A stretch of 63,761 bases of DNA, filler included, from Octopus bimaculoides (taxonomy: Eukaryota), in the NCBI RefSeq assembly GCF_001194135.2. It is 6 parts of 6 records of this genome, joined end to end, with 100 filler letters (N's around TTAATTAATTAA, not from the genome) between each part and the next. Parts side by side here need not be neighbours in the genome. Positions count along the whole stretch, not along the records: positions 62,708 to 63,761 come from NW_026424053.1; 5 more parts are not named here. One strand, written 5' to 3'. Under the pieces are notes generated by a model that had not been told where the DNA came from, ran no database searches, and saw only the letters and a list, made by a program, of their open reading frames with translations. A program made the position numbers and the translations under genes. Shown piece after piece: positions 62,708 to 63,761 of this stretch. Position 1 is the first letter of the stretch; each line of letters starts with the position of its first letter.

Positions 62708-63761
62708 CGGGGACCAAAAATCGCACACTAGCCATAAAGTCGGGGTCCAGAAATTCTAAACTGGCCATAAAGTCGGGGACAAATAATTGCACACTGGCCA
62801 TAATGACGAGGACCAAAAATTGAACACTGGCCATAATGTCGGGACCAAAAATGTACACTGGCCATGTAGTCAGGGACCAAAAATTGTACACTGGCCATGA
62901 AGTCGGGGACCAAAAATCGCCGACTGGCCATAAAGACGGGGACCAAAAATGAACTCTGGCCATAAAGTCGGGAACCAAAAGTTGAACTCTGGCCATAAAT
63001 TCGGGGACCAAAACTTGTACACTGGCCATAAAGTCAGGGACTAGAAATTCAACAATGGCCATAAAGTCGGGGAACAAAAATTGTACACTGACCATAAAGT
63101 CGGAGACGAATAATTGAACACTGGCCATAAAGTCGGGGACCAGAAATTCTAAACTGGCCATAAATCGTGGACAAAAAATTGAACACTGGCCATAAAATCG
63201 GGACCAAAAATTGTACACTGGCCATGAAGTCGGGGACCGTACATTGTACACTGGCCATAAAGTCGGCGATCAAAAATCGCACACTGGCCATAAAGTCGGG
63301 GACGAATAATTGCACACTGGCCATAAAGACGGCGATCAGAAATCGCACACTGGCCATAAAGTCGGGGACGAATAATTGCACACTGGCCATAAAGTCGGGG
63401 ACCAAAAATTGCACACTTGCCATAAAATGGGGGTGCAAAAATCGCACACTGGCCATGAAGTCGGGGACCAAAAATTGAATACTGGTCATAAAGTCGGTGA
63501 CCAAAAACTGTACACTGGCCATGAAGTCGGGGACAAAAAATTAAACACTGGCCATAAATTCGGGGACCAAAAATCGCACAGTGGCCATAAAGACGGGGAC
63601 CGTACATTGTACACTGGCCATAAAGTCGGGAAACAAAATTTGCACACTGGCCATAAAGTCGGGGACCAGAATTTCAACACTGGCCATAAAGTCGTGGACC
63701 GAAAATGGAACACTGGCCATAAAGACGGGGACCACAAATCGCACACTGACCATAAATACGG
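62708..63761. repeat. 33-bp minisatellite, ~32 units, runs off the window
   Basis: Consensus GGGGACCAAAAATTGTACACTGGCCATAAAGTC. Confidence 0.95.

Noticed and set aside
62708-63761. CRISPR-like array
   Set aside because: The variable parts are ~11 nt and related to one another, not unique spacers; eukaryotic context with no cas genes.

Overview
Repeat-dense, gappy eukaryotic (animal) genomic DNA, most likely octopus. That assignment rests on SINE/LINE families I recognise and on the very high microsatellite load; it is not proven. The window is six blocks joined by five identical artificial 100-bp spacers (44 N + TTAATTAATTAA + 44 N), so adjacency across spacers is not biological evidence. 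Three spliced protein-coding genes are partly visible. ANKFY1/rabankyrin-5 has 4 exons on the minus strand (2306-6419). An UNC-93-like MFS membrane protein has 2 exons on the plus strand (8318-23030, 14.3-kb intron). Abl-interactor (ABI) has 4 exons on the minus strand (44761-55893), and its SH3 exons are not visible. There is also an orphan coding-like exon and a probable 5'UTR/promoter of another gene. The rest is tRNA-derived SINEs, RTE LINE fragments, R4/Dong-like RLE-LINE fragments in (TAA)n, Penelope fragments, a non-autonomous Helitron, several MITEs and minisatellites. The most interesting signal is at 61446-61826: a tRNA-headed SINE-like element whose tail carries a Penelope-type hammerhead-ribozyme core, with a second inverted copy of that tail at its 5' end. 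Other highlights are a MITE with an 8-bp TSD and head-to-head telomeric repeats, intronic hairpins, and a 62-bp minisatellite derived from a LINE 3'UTR. Most long ORFs in the supplied track are artefacts of N-runs or microsatellites. All calls are by eye; no searches were run.
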